Source of the DNA: Phyllobates terribilis
Taxonomy: Eukaryota
NCBI RefSeq assembly: GCF_046119375.1
Contig: NW_027362764.1
Coordinates: 457,002,001 to 457,066,000, forward strand
Direction of reading: 5' to 3'
DNA: 64,000 bases
Shown here: positions 48,259 through 61,394 of the stretch, in pieces
How the letters are laid out: each line of letters begins with the position of its first letter
Position numbering within the stretch: position 1 is the stretch's first letter
Translations under genes and position numbers: made by a program
The notes under the pieces: model-generated
The model's input: the letters and a program-made list of their open reading frames with translations, nothing else
The model's database searches: none
Told to the model about the DNA's origin: nothing

Positions 48259-51060
48259 TGTCACAGCTGGACAAGGGGATGTCCGGTGGACAGTACAACA
48301 CACAGATTCAACGGGCTGATATAGGGGGAGGAAGGCCCTAAGGGTAGGGGACGAGTGAAGAGACTCCTGACACCAACCTTTGCCTGTCCCTAAGCTCCCC
48401 TATCATCAATAGATGGGTCCCTCCCCTCGTGCGCGATCACGTGCCTAAGCACTAGCTGGGCCTGGACTTAGCCTGCACACTAGCCAGGTTACCAGTACAC
48501 TAGTCTCATGAGTACAATAAGACAACACGAGGAAGGTATGACAAACAATGGGAAGACAAAAACATAGAATACACTTAGCTCTCCAACAGGAAACTTCACT
48601 GCTGCAACAGCAACGAATGCCACAGCTCCTTCAAAGAGGTCAGCATAGAATGAACTATAACTGGCGGTCAGCTGATGGATCATGTGGCTATTTAAAGGGA
48701 GGTGGGAGTGACTCCAACCACCATCACCTGACCGTCCTCAGAAGGCTGCCAGCAAGAGACTAACATTAACCCTTGCTGGACCAAAGGGAAAAAGACATTT
48801 AAATTACAGCATAACCAGAGCTGCAACAAAGCTCCAAATTATTTGTGACAGTAGCCCCCTGCCTACTAGGGGCCTCAGGACCCTCAAGACCGGACATGTC
48901 CGGAAATCTCACATGGCAGGAACTCCAAGAAACATTAATATTCACCTCCGTAGACCCTTGGTTCTCAATTTTTCGGCCAATGCAGACCGATGGTGATGGT
49001 AATGACGTAGGCTCCTGAGGAACAACAAATCTCCTAAGCATCGACCTGTGGAATACGTTAAGGAAATGGATCACTGGGGGTAACTCCAACTTGAAGGTCG
49101 TAGGGCTGAGGATGGCCATAACCGTATACGGACCGATCACCCTAGAACCCAGCGTCCCCGAAGCGTACTTCCCCCTGATCTTTTTAGTGGACACCCACAT
49201 GTACTCATTCACACACAGGTCCAGACCTGAACGTTTATTACCACACGTACGTTTGGAACCAGATGATACTCTCCTTGCAGGACCGACAACAGAGGTGTCT
49301 CTCCGTGTCACAAAACTCCTACCCTTAGGAGACTCAGTGGTAACAAGCACCCTCCCATGACCAATCCTCTCGACACTGAGGTCTAGAGTTAACCTGGGGT
49401 ATGGGTAGAGTCTCACCCCTATTCTCTGGTAGCTACCTCCACCGGAGAAGGAGGGTTGGGTTTCACCAAGACGGCAGAGATAGTAGCACTCAAGCAACTG
49501 TTCTCACAAAATTTACCCCAACTGACTACTGCTCTGAACCGCCAATCTATGACCAGATTGTGTTTCTTCAGTCAGGGAAGGCCTAAGACGATGATCATAG
49601 GCAGACCCTCCAAGACATAGCACGACAGGAACTCACTATGCAGAGTCCCTATGTGCAAGTTCACATTATGTACGACTTGGGTCAAATTCCTCTCACCAAA
49701 ATGAGCGGAATCAATGGCAAAAATAGGAATGGATCTCACTAGTGCCCTACAAATAAGACCATGGGTCTGAGCAAAGTGAACATTCACCAAGCTGACTCCA
49801 GCTCCACTATCCACCAAAACCGGAATAGTCTCAGTTTTCCCACCCACTACTATGTCAGCAGAAATGGAAAATGAAGACGTATTAATGGAGGAAATGTATA
49901 CACCCTGATTGTCTCCCTCCACACGACCAGGGGGACGCGGCTCATGTGATGGAATAGCAAGTTTGAGTTTGGCACGAGATGGACAGACATTGATGTAATG
50001 ATCCGTAAGACCACAGTAAAAACATGCCCTCTTCCCACAACGAACCGCAGGGTGACCTAGTGTGACCGCAAAGATGGAAAGTCAGTTGGTAGGGAGAAGG
50101 CCCAGTACTAGGGATCACCCCCAAGAAGGGAGACCACAATCCCCACTCATTGTTCCTCACTCCCTGAGGAACGAGGGCAGAGCTTAAAGTAAGGTTTGCA
50201 GGCTTCCCTAAAAACCATAAATTTATCTCTCCCTCAACAGAATTTGTCAGAGAGAGATATTTTGGGTTCAGGTTGAGCCTGGGCTTGAGCCGAGACCGAA
50301 TACCCAGATAATTGCTGAAGCTGCTGCACTACCTGTGACCACAACTCAGTAACCTCATCTGTGAGGGTCAGAGGAAGATGTGCAAAAGCTTGAGCTTTAG
50401 CCATAGGAACCCAGGAAAAAAAACAAACATTGCTGTCCGGTTATAATGTCACGGACAGACAAAGGGATGTCCAGCAGACGACACAACACACGAATGCAAC
50501 GGGATGATATAGGGGAGGGGAAGACACTAACGGTAGGCGACAAGGGAAGGGACATCTCTTGACACCAACCTGTGTCTGTCCCTAAGCTCCCCTATCATCC
50601 CTAGAAGGGTACTTCCCCCTGTGCACGATCACGTGCCTAAGTCCTCTCTGACCCTGGACTTAACCTGGCTAGTGTGCAGGCCATCGGAACACTAGTCTCA
50701 CGAGTACAATAAGACAACACGAGGAAGGTAAGACAAACAATGGGAAGACAAAAACATAGAATACACTTAGCTCTCCAACAGGAAACTTCACTGCTGCAGC
50801 AGCAATGAACACCACAGCTTCTCCAGACACTAGCTCCTTCAAAGAGGTCAGCATAGAATGAACTATAACTGGCGGTCAGCTGATGGATCATGTGGCTATT
50901 TAAAGGGAGGTGGGAGCGGCACCAACCACCATCAGCTGACCGTCCTCAGAAAGCTGCCAGCAAGAGACTAACATTAACCCTTGCTGGACCAAAGGGAAAA
51001 AACTACATTTAAATTACAGCATATCCAGAGCTGCCACAAAGCTCCAAATTATTCGTGACA
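48259..51060 (-). mobile_element. Internally deleted Ty3/Gypsy LTR retrotransposon (2.8 kb) with 5-bp TSD CCAGG
   Basis: LTRs 48259-48850 and 50447-51060 (TGTCAC..GTGACA); purine-rich PPT next to 48850; zinc knuckle CFYCG..H..C, protease LVDSGAG, integrase C-terminal GPY..FH.S.L; RT, RNase H and IN core absent. Confidence 0.92.
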
Positions 51061-51079
51061 CCAGGGCTCCACAGCAAAA

Positions 51080-52470
51080 AAAAATCACATTTTTTCTGTT
51101 ACTACCATGATGCGTACAGCAGGTCACATCTCAGCTTGAAATTTTTTGGTGCATATATTCTACTGTATTGAAGCCTCTTCCACAGTAAAAAATCAAATTT
51201 CTTCTGTTAATAACGTGATAAGGCAGGCCATATCTCAGCTTGAAATTTTTTGCCGCATATATTGTATTGTATACAGGCCTCGTCCACAGTAAAAAATCTA
51301 ATTTCTTCTGTTACTAACGTGATAGAGCAGACCACATCTCAGCTTGAAATTTTTTGGTGCGTATAATCTACTGTATCCAGACCTCTTCCACAGTAAAAGA
51401 ATGTAATTTCTTCTTCTAATAATGTGATATAGCAGGCCACATCTCAGCTTGAAATTTTTTGGCACATATATTGTATTGTATACAGGCCTCGTCCACAGTA
51501 AAAAATCGAATTTCTTCTGTTACTAATGTGATACAGCAGGCCACATCTGAGCTTGTAATTTTTTGGTTATATATTCTACTGTATTCAGGCCTCTTCCACA
51601 GCGAAAAAAGTAAAAAATCTAATTTCTTCTGTTACTAACATAATACAGCAGGCCACATCTCAGCTTGAAATTTTGTGGCGCATATATTCTACTGCACACA
51701 GACCTCATCCACAGTAAGAAATCTAACTTCTTCTGTTACTAACGTGATACAGCAGGCCACATCTCAGCTTGTAATTTTTTGGCGCATATATTTTATTGTA
51801 CACAGGCCTCTTCCACAGTAAAAAAAACTAATTTCTTCTCTTACTAACGCGGTATGTACAGCACGCCACATCTCGGCTTGAATTTTTTTGGTGCATATAT
51901 TCTACTATATACAGGCCTCTTCCACAGTAAAAAATCTAATTTCTTCTCTTACTAATGTGATACAGCAGGCCACATCTGAGCTTGTAATTTTTTGACACAT
52001 ATATTCTACTGTATACAGGTCTCTTCCACAGTAAAAAATCTAATTTCTTCTGCTAATAACGTGATAGAGCAGGCCATATCTCAGCTTGAAATTTTTTGGC
52101 GCATATAATCTACTGTATCCAGGCCTCGTTCACAGTAAAAAATGTAATTTCTTCTTTTACTAATGTGATACAGCAGACCACATCTGAGCTTGTAATTTTT
52201 TGTCGCATATATTCTACGATATGCAGGCCTTTTCCACAGTAAAAGATCTAACTTCTTCTGTTACTAATGTGATACAGCAGGCCACATCTCAGCTTGTAAT
52301 TTTCTGGTGCATATATTCTACTGTATCCAGGCCTCTTCCACAGTAAAAAAATCTAATTTCTTCTGTTACTAACGTGATGTAGAAGGCCACATCTCAGCTT
52401 GAAATTTTCTGGCACATATATTCTACTGTATCCAGGCCTCATCCACAGTAAAAAAATTAATTTTTTGCTT
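51080..52470 (+). repeat. ~104-bp 5' subterminal tandem array of hAT copy 2 (about 13 units)
   Basis: gcaggccacatctcagcttgaaatttt at 51222, 51327, 51432, 51536 ... 52381. Confidence 0.92.
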
Positions 52471-52505
52471 CTACTAGCGAGCTCCAATCACACTATCTGA
52501 GCAAC

Positions 52506-55500
52506 ATGAGTGGGGAAAAGTAAGGTCGTGGTGGAAAGGGGAATAGGATTGGTGTTCAAGTTGTACATGGGGTAGGTGGTAATGTTAGTGAAAGCTCTAG
52601 TGAACCAACACATCGCGTTCTAGCCAAAGACAACTGACAACTTCTGTTACTTGACAGGCTACTCCCTTCCCTTTCTTTGGCAGCCGCACAGCAGTATACC
52701 TTATAAATGAGGGACAGAAAGAGCATGTGCTCCAGTGGATGGCAAGCGCTGCATCAAGTGGCCTCTCCTCCTCTAACTCCACCTCAACATCACACACAGT
52801 ATAGTCCTCAGAGCTGGCACCCCAATTACCTTTGCTTCCCCCCGCGTCAGAACTCTGCAACTGCCCAACTAACTGTAGGGATCCACAGATGGTCGAGTTT
52901 GCAGATCTGTTAACACATTCTATGCCATGGGTGTCAGAGTTCTGCTCCAAAGATTCACAGACTCAAGAGGAGGAAAGCATCTACACCGATGCCATAAATT
53001 TTTTTCTGTTGTATCATGGGCTGGACAAAGTAGGGTCCGAGCAAAATCCTGACCTTTACCAGCGTTAACCACCGTAAGGAGAGTTGACACTGATTACCTG
53101 AGACACCCACCCACTGTACTCTGCTGTCAGGGCAGGAAGAGGAGGGCGGTGACTTTCAGGGTGAGGAATGGGAGAACAGAGAGGATAATGATGAGGTTGT
53201 AGATCCCACTTGATGTGAACCCAGAGGCGTGCAGCTGAGTAGGTTATCTGAGGAGGTGGAGGAGGAGGAAGACAAAGAGTTTATGTTGCAGCCTACATCC
53301 TAGACACGGAGTGATGCAACCACAATGAACACTGCATCCTTAGCCAAAACTGTGGCTGTGGCCATCAGTGGGAGTGGGTCTGCAGCTTGTAGGGGTGGCA
53401 AGGGTTGCCTACCCTTGGCTTTTTTTGACATCACAAAGGATGAGCCAACTCGCGTTATCTGCCAACTTTGCAAAAAAAGACTCAGTAGAGGGAAAAATTG
53501 CAATAATTTGACTACTCCATGCAAGAACCGTCACATGTGCGATCAACATGCGTTACTCTGGCAATCTCACTGCGATAAAATGTGGACCAGCAGGCCTTAC
53601 CAACCATCGGCCGCCGCATCAACCGCATCTGCTGCTTCTTTCTTCACTGTCACAATGCCAAGTGTTCTCACGCAGGTCTCCATCTGCAGAACCTTCGTTT
53701 GTTTACCTGCTCCAGTCAGGCTGAGTGAGAGCCCGTCAGCTGTAATGGAAGTGGACCTGCCTGCTATTTTTGCTTCAATCAGAACACCACATTTTTCTCA
53801 ATCCACTGTAACATCTCCGCCTGCACCTCACTCACGGTCCAGCAGTTTGTCGTGTTCACCCTACTCCGCCCTCTCTCAGCACTGCAGCCATCCCTCGGTC
53901 TCGCAGTTGTGGTCACATAAAATATTGTTTCTTCCTAAACATGACAAAGCTAAAAGGTTGAACTCCACCATTGCCAATCTATTGGCCACTGAAATGCTGC
54001 CTTTCCGTATGGTGGATACAGACGGTTTCCAAAAGCTGATTGCCATCACAGTTCCCCAGTACCAGTTGCCCAGTCGCCATTATTTCTCTAAGAAAGCTGT
54101 GCCTGCGCAACACCAGCATGTCACAGACAACATCACCCGTTCCTTGACTAAATCTATGTCTGCCAGGGTGCATTTCACCACAGACACCTGGAAGAGTAAG
54201 CATGGTCAGGGGCGTTATATCTCGCTGACTGGGCACTGGGTGACTCTGGTGGCTGTGGAGGCATGCTGGGAATGGGCTGCTCCACAAGTCTTGGAATCCC
54301 CAAGGCTTCCGGGACAAATCTCTGTATCTAACACGTACTCCACTGCTTCTGCCTCCTCCACCTCCTCTAGGGCCTCCACCTGCACCCTCAACCTCTGCCT
54401 TAATGAGACATGCATTCCAACAGTGCAGAGTGAATCCCCACCACCTCCGTACTGTGCAGACGGGGCTCACCGCAATAAGGCAGTGTTAAAATTTATATGA
54501 TTTGGAGATCACAGCCATACAGCAGAAGAGTTGTGGACAGCTATCCAGGCCGAGTTTGAGCAATAGTTGTCTCCGCTGAACCTGGAGCCAGGGAAGGCCA
54601 TGTGTGATAACAGTGCAAACCTGGTGGCGGCCCTACGGTGGGGCAAGCTCACACACATGCCCTGCATGGCTCACATCCTCAACCTGGTGGTACAGCAATT
54701 TCTCAACCACTATACCGGCCTAGATTCATTGCTGCTGAAAGCACGGAAGCTGTGTGCTCACTTCTGCCATTCTCACCCCTCAGGTTATTGACTTGCATCA
54801 ATATAGAGGTCTTTGTCCATGACAGTTAACTGGTTTATATGTGATGTGCCAACACGCTGGAATTCGACTCTGCACATGTTGCAGTGACTGTGGCAGCAGC
54901 GACGAGCCCTTACGCAGTATCTCATGACGTATAGCCTGGGCCAACACAATAAGGGCGTGGTGCAAATCACACTTGCAGAGTGTGTACAGATGAAGGACCT
55001 TTACACCCTTCTGCACAGTTTGAAATGGCTACTAAGATTGTTACCGCTGACGATGCCATCATCAGCATCACTATTCCGGTCAGCTACATGCTGGAGCACA
55101 CTTTGAATAGTCTGCGGGAGGAAGTGGTGTCCCCAGAGGAAGAGGAGGAAGTAGAGGAGGATGCGGAAGGGATAACATTGTCTCTAAGTTCCAGACTGTC
55201 CTCACACAGGTGGATGCCAAGAGAGGGTGGATTACAGCGATCGAGGGGGTCTGGTGATACCAGACAAACTGTTAGTGAAGGTGCAGGAGCCGAGGAACAA
55301 TTTGAGGAGGAAGAGGTGATGGGCGAGCAACAGTCAGGAGATGAAGAGGATAATCATTCCCTCTCTGTTGTCCGTGGATGGTGGGAGGGGACAGAGGAAA
55401 GAAGCATCAGTTTTACTCAGCCACCAACACACCAAGGGCTTGTATCTCATGAAAGAGCCTGACACACGAGCGCCTTCTTGCTGCACTATATGCAACATGA

Positions 55501-56164
55501 TCCCCATACAGTTAGAATTAAAAATTGTGCTATCTACTGGGCTGCCACTCTGTTAGATCCACATTATAAGAGTAAATTTTGCCAGATGCTTGCCATCCTG
55601 GAAAGGGACCTGCGCATGCTGGAGTATCGAAACACGCTTTTACACAACGTTTATAGAGGTTTTCCCCAAGACAGCAGTGAGGCACACAGTGTGCATCGCA
55701 GCTCTAGGCTTCCAACCTCAGGAACGTCAATTCATCAATGCAAAAACATTAGCAGCAGCTGAGGTGTAAGCAATTTCTGTGAGTCCTTTCACATATTTTT
55801 TACACCAGCTCGTGCACCAGCACAACAGAGTACAAGTCTGACATGTGGTGAACGACTGGAGAAGATAGTGCAGGAGTAACTTGAGCTCAACATCAATACC
55901 ACCATGGAGGGTTTGGACCCTTTTACATTTTGGTCTTCAAAAATGGAAGAGTGGCCTGAGCTCACCTGTCACACCTTGGAGGTTTTATCATGTCTGGCAG
56001 CCAGCGTTCTCTCAGAATGTGTCTTCAGTGCTGCTGGTGGTGTCCTGACGGATAAGTGCATGCCGCTGTCCCCTGAAAGTGTAGGCAGCCTAACTTTCAT
56101 CAAGATAAACAAATCATGGATCTCCAAGGACTTTAGCCCTGCAATCACAGACTGTGCAGACTAG
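52506..56164 (+). pseudogene. hAT transposase pseudogene (copy 2)
   Basis: BED finger; HFTTDTW; CDNSANLVAA; CMAHILNLVV; CDVPTRWNST; LDPHYK; hATC; several stops and frameshifts. Confidence 0.93.
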
Positions 56165-56274
56165 GCGATGGTGTAGTTTTTAGTGTGCTGCATTGATCTT
56201 GCGTAATTGCAGTCTGTGATATCTTTGTCATGGCTTTCATGCTTGCTGTTGCTGCTGCTGCAGATCTTAACAAT

Positions 56275-57000
56275 AAATTTTTTAAATGTGGAGACTCCTG
56301 GTTGGATCTCCATCTGGTGGGTTGGCTGTAGTGGAAGAGGTGTCGGTCCCCATTATACTATTTCTTCTGTAGTGAAATTGATACCAGTTTGGTGGTGTCT
56401 GCCCCTAATTTTTGAAATGTGGAGACTCCTGGTTGGATCTCCATCTGGTGGGTTGGCTGTAATGGAAGAGTGTCGGTCCCTATTATACTATTTCTACTCT
56501 AGTGAAATGGATGCCACTTTGCTGGTGTCTGCCCCTAATTTTTGGAAATGTGGAGACTTCTGGTTGGGTCTCCATCTGCTGGGTTGGCTGTAGTGGAAGA
56601 GGTGTCTGTCCCCATTATTTTATTTCTACTCTAGTGAAATTGATACCACTTTGGTGGCATCTGCCCCTAACTTTTGGAAATGTGGAGACTCCTGGTTGAG
56701 TCTCCATCTGCTGGGTTGGCTGTAGTGGAAGAGATGTTGGTCCCCATTATACTATTTCTACTCTGGTGAAATTGATACCACTTTGGTGGCATCTGCCCCT
56801 AATTTTTGGAAATGTGGGGACTCCTGATTGGGTCTCAATCTGCTGGGTTGGCTGTAGTGGAAGGGGTGTCAGTGGCCCATTATACTAGTTCTACTGTGGT
56901 GAAATTGATGCCACTTTGGGGGTTTCTGCCCTTAAATTTTGGAAATGTGGAGACTCCTGATTGGGTCTCCTTCATGTGTGTTGCCTGTAACAGTAGGGCA
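56275..57000 (+). repeat. ~132-bp 3' subterminal repeats of hAT copy 2 (6 units)
   Basis: aatgtgg at 56285, 56416, 56547, 56679, 56811 and 56944. Confidence 0.9.
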
Positions 57001-58796
57001 GACCAGCAGGCCTTCACCTACTTTCAGTCAACTATCTGTGTAACTATCCTTAAATTTTTGTACCAATAGTACTCTATGAAAGCGATGTTTGTGCCACCTG
57101 AGTGTGGCAGAGCAGAAAAGCAGCTTGAGCTGTTGCATGTAGTATCAGGGCTCCCAGTACAGCAGACCTACACCGATCATTCACCCACCTCGTCTTAATT
57201 TGAAGTTAAATTCAAAGCTGTAAATGCTGGCCCAGACCTCATGCATGGCCCATGGCTGACTGCTGCTGTGCCATCATAAAATTTATACTGTGGGTCAATT
57301 GATGTCACTTTCCTAATGTCTGGCCCAGTTTGAGCTGTTTTGGCAGCTTTTCGGCCTCTTTGAAGGTGCTGTGTATGCTTTTGGTTTTGCCTCCCATTGA
57401 ATGCAATGGGATTCGGATATGTTCGTCGAACTGTTCGACGAACATCGGGAAGTTTGCCGATCTGAAACTAATTGAATCTTGAGAGGTTCGCTCATCTCTA
57501 CTGGCCACTTCATAACTCTCCAGTGCTTTGTTTCCATCCATTTCTGGGTTCTTCTTGAAGTATGTTTGGGGTTATTATCATGTTGCAAGACCCATGACCT
57601 AGGACGGAAACCCAACTTTCTGACAGTGGGCACTACATTGTAATGTAAAATCCTTTGGTAATCTTCAGATTACTCACAGTCAAGGCACCCACTACAGAGG
57701 CAGCAAAACAATCCCAACCACCACCATATTTGACTGCAGGTACTGTGTCCTTTTCTTTGTAGGCCTCATTCCATTCCAGTGCCATGGGTTGTAAACTTCT
57801 TGATTATGTTGTGCACCGTGGACAAAGGAACATCAAGATCTCTGGAGATGAACTTGTAACATTGAGATTGTTGATATTTTTCATCAAATTTGGCTCTTAA
57901 GTCCTCAGACAGTTTTCCTCTCCTCTTTTTGTTCTCCATGCTTAGTGTGGCAAACACAGACACATAATGCAAAGATTAAGTCAAGTTCTCCCCTTTTTAT
58001 CTGGTTTCCTGTGTGATTTTCACATTGCCCATACCTTTTATTTGTCACAGGTGAGTTTGAACAAGCATCACATTCTTGAAACAAAGTGGTTTACCCACAA
58101 TTTTGGAAAGTGCCAATTTTGACTGGTCCATTTTGGGGTTTTTGTGTGAAATTATGTCCAATTTACTTTTTCTCTGTTTTTTGTGTTGTTCCAATACACA
58201 AAAAGGAAATAAACATGTGTATAGTGTAAGGTGGCTGCCGGACACATAGTGGATGGGAGATATGTATCACAGAGGTGCATGTCCTTTGTTATATAAACCT
58301 GGAGTAATGCTCTAGCACAAATACTACTAAAGGGGGTTAATTGACCAGCTTACATACAGCTGTAATTGTGAGCAGCTGAAGAGTTAGGGCAGGTAGGCTT
58401 CTCACCATATCTCCATCCCTGGGTGTGGTACACAATGTAAAATGAGACCTGTGTATATGACACTTTGCTTTGTATTAATGTCGGTAGACCTACTGGATTG
58501 AGTGGCTTTGCAAAAGGGCTAAAAAGCTGGACTCTAAGGCAAGCATGCGTGGAAATCCCCATGACGTCAGTGACCCGCACGCGTCATCATAGATCACCGT
58601 CAGGAGCGCACCAGATCATTACGAACACTGCGCATGTGCACCTGCTGGATTGCGTCCTGCATAGAGGCACACAAGGAAGGAGAGATACTCCGATACAATG
58701 AACTATATGTACATATAAAAGCATGTATCTAAGGCTTTGGTGAATATAAGAGACAAAACATATGTCATATAGTGAATATATAGAGCAAATAGTATA

Positions 58797-60081
58797 CAGG
58801 TGTATCTCACAAAATTAGAATATCATCAAAAAGTTCATTTATTTCATTTCTTCAATACAAAAAGTGAAACTCATATATTATATAGAGTCATTACAAACAG
58901 AGTGATCTATTTCAAGTGTTTATTTCTGTTAATGTTGATGATTATGGCTTATAGCCAATGAAAACACAAAAGTCATTATCTCAGTACATTAGAATACTTT
59001 ATAACAACAGCTTGAAAAATGTTTTTAAAATCTGAAATGTTGTCCTACTGAAATGTATGTTCAGTAAATACACTCAATACTTGGTCGGGGCTCCTTTTGC
59101 ATCAATGCGGTATGACATGGAGGCGATCAGCCTGTGTCACTGCTGAGGTGTTATGGAAGCCCAGTTGGTTGTTTTACCTTCTCACCCGGAAGGTGTTCGG
59201 CCGCAGTCCACCAGGCTGCATCACGGACCCCGGGTTCAGTTGCTTTCCATTATTTAATAAAGTTGTTTGCAACCGTTCCCTTAACAGCAGCCTTCAGCTC
59301 GTCTGCATTGTTGGGTCTGGTGTCTCTCATCTACCTCTTGACAATACCCCATAGATTCTCTATGGAGTTAAGGTCAGGCGAGTTTGCTGGCCAATCAAGC
59401 ACAGTAATACTGTTGTTTTTAAACCAGATATTTGTACTTTTGGCAGTGTGGACAGGTGCCAAGTCCTGCTGGAGAATGAAATTTCCATCTCCACAAAGCT
59501 TGTCGGCAGAGGGAAGCATGAAGTGCTCTAAAATTTCCTGGTAGATGGCTGCGCTGACTTTGGTCTTGATAAAACACAGTGGACCTACACCAGCAGATGA
59601 CATGGTTCCCCAAACCATCACTGATTGTGGAAACCTCAAACTAGACCTCAAGCAGCTTGGATTGTGTGCCTCTCCTCTCTTTCTCCAGACTCTGGGACCT
59701 TGATTTCCAAATGAAATGCAAAATTTACTTTGCATTTACTTAGTGTGTCAATGACTGCCTTCTGGACATCTGTCAAGTCAGCAGTCTTCCCCATGATTGT
59801 GGAGCCTACTGAAACAGACTAAGGGGTCTTTTTAAATGCTTAGGAAGCCTTTGCAGGTGTTTTTTGGTTAATTGTTTCAATTTACTGAGATAATGGCTTT
59901 TGTGTTTTCATTGGCTGTAAGCCATAATCATCAACATTAACAGAAATAAACACTTGAAATAGATGCCTTTGTTTGTAATGACTCTATATAATATATGAGT
60001 TTCACTTTTTGCATTGAACAGCTGAAATAAATTTTGATATTAATATTTTTGATGATATTCTAATTTTCTGAGATGCACCTG
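58797..60081 (-). mobile_element. Internally deleted Tc1 element D (1,285 bp) with TA TSD
   Basis: ta|caggtgtatctcacaaaatta ... taattttctgagatgcacctg|ta; FPQSVMVWG..QQDLAP..SPDLNSIENLW. Confidence 0.9.
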
Positions 60082-61394
60082 TATATGGTTATATGAACAT
60101 TAAAAAGGTTCACATCGATAGTACATACAATTATTAAGTACTGAAGGCAGTGACAATATTTACGTGAAAAAAAAAAACAAATACACAAAAAATGTAAAAA
60201 TATTTATACGGTGTAAGCAATAAAAGTGAAAGTGAATAATGTATTACAGCATTAGAATACATGATCAGTAATCCCAGTACAAATAAATATCCATATTATA
60301 CGAACATCATGATGTGATGTTCAGATCCACATACAGTTCAGACATCATATAATAGGTACTCAGAATTCAGAAAGAACACCATCACTAAATAAAAAAGGGA
60401 ATAGCCTTGTTACATTTGGAAGTGCAGACAGAGTTCCCAAGGAACACATGTGACTGCTACAGAAGTGCTGCAAGTCGTGGGTGAAGGCAGCTATTGGTCA
60501 GAGAGCAACATCAGACAACATGGAGGACCTGATTAAACACCTGATGCAAACCTTGCAGCAACAGCAGGTCCATCAGCAGCAGCACCAACAACAGCTGGTG
60601 CAACAGGAGACTAGTAAGCTGCCTGTGCAACAACTCCAGCAGCAGCACCAGCAACAGCACTGACAACAGCAGCAGATTGAATTGCTCACAGAGGTGGTTC
60701 GTGACACGGCGGCAGCTCCAACTTCAAGGTTAAGTGATGATTTTTCTATTCGGAAGGCGGTGAGGAGAGCTTTACAGAAAATGATCCTGGGAGACAACAT
60801 AGAGGTCTTATTAGCCGTTTTTGAAAGGGTCACCGAAAGGGAGAAACTTCCAACAGAGCAGTAGGTGGAAGTATTGACGCCATACATAAAAGGGGAGCCA
60901 CAAACCTGTGATTTAGCTTTACAGGACGCCAAAGAATATGTGAAATTGAAAATGGAAACTTTAGCAAGCTTGGGGGTGACAATGTCTGTCAGAGCGCAAC
61001 TGGTCCAATGCTGGGCATATCATCGGGTCAAACCCCATCGCTCCCAAATGATTAATCTGCTGCATCTCGTCCAAAAGTGGTTGCAACTGGAGTAACTCAG
61101 CGCAGATGGTAGAGCGAGTTGTAATGGATTGGTTCGTGCACTCCCTTCCAAGCCCGATGCAGACTTGGGTTGACCAGGGAGATCCCCGAAATATTGATGA
61201 CTTGGTCAGACAGGTTGAAAGATATCAGCGGGTTGAGGGTTCCTTGGGGAGGCAACCTACTTCATTATGGGGGTCCCATCAGAGAGTGGAGGCTAAAAAG
61301 GGGGTGGGGCATCCAAAGTCCAAGGGGGCGGCTGAGGTCATGCCAAGGGTCTCATGAGGGGATGTAATTTGCTGGAAATGTCACGGATAAGGTC

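Larger units (their letters stand above)
47552..57500 (+). mobile_element. hAT DNA transposon copy 2 with both termini (9.95 kb including a nested Gypsy)
   Basis: TIRs tagtgatgagtga / tcgctcatctcta; subterminal arrays; transposase pseudogene; no TSD. Confidence 0.9.
47154..58223 (-). mobile_element. Tc1 element C split by hAT copy 2 (pieces 47154-47551 and 57501-58223)
   Basis: ta|cagtcatggccgaaagtgttggcacc; transposase ..HDNNPKH..KWP at 57501+ resumes as LWRDLKIAV..KGCATKY at 47551-47370; matching IR at 58110-58223. Confidence 0.85.

Noticed and set aside
51080-52470. Regularly spaced repeats as a CRISPR array
   Set aside because: Whole-unit tandem repeats without unique spacers, no cas genes, vertebrate context; the same applies to the 31-bp, 132-bp, 150-bp and 421-bp arrays.
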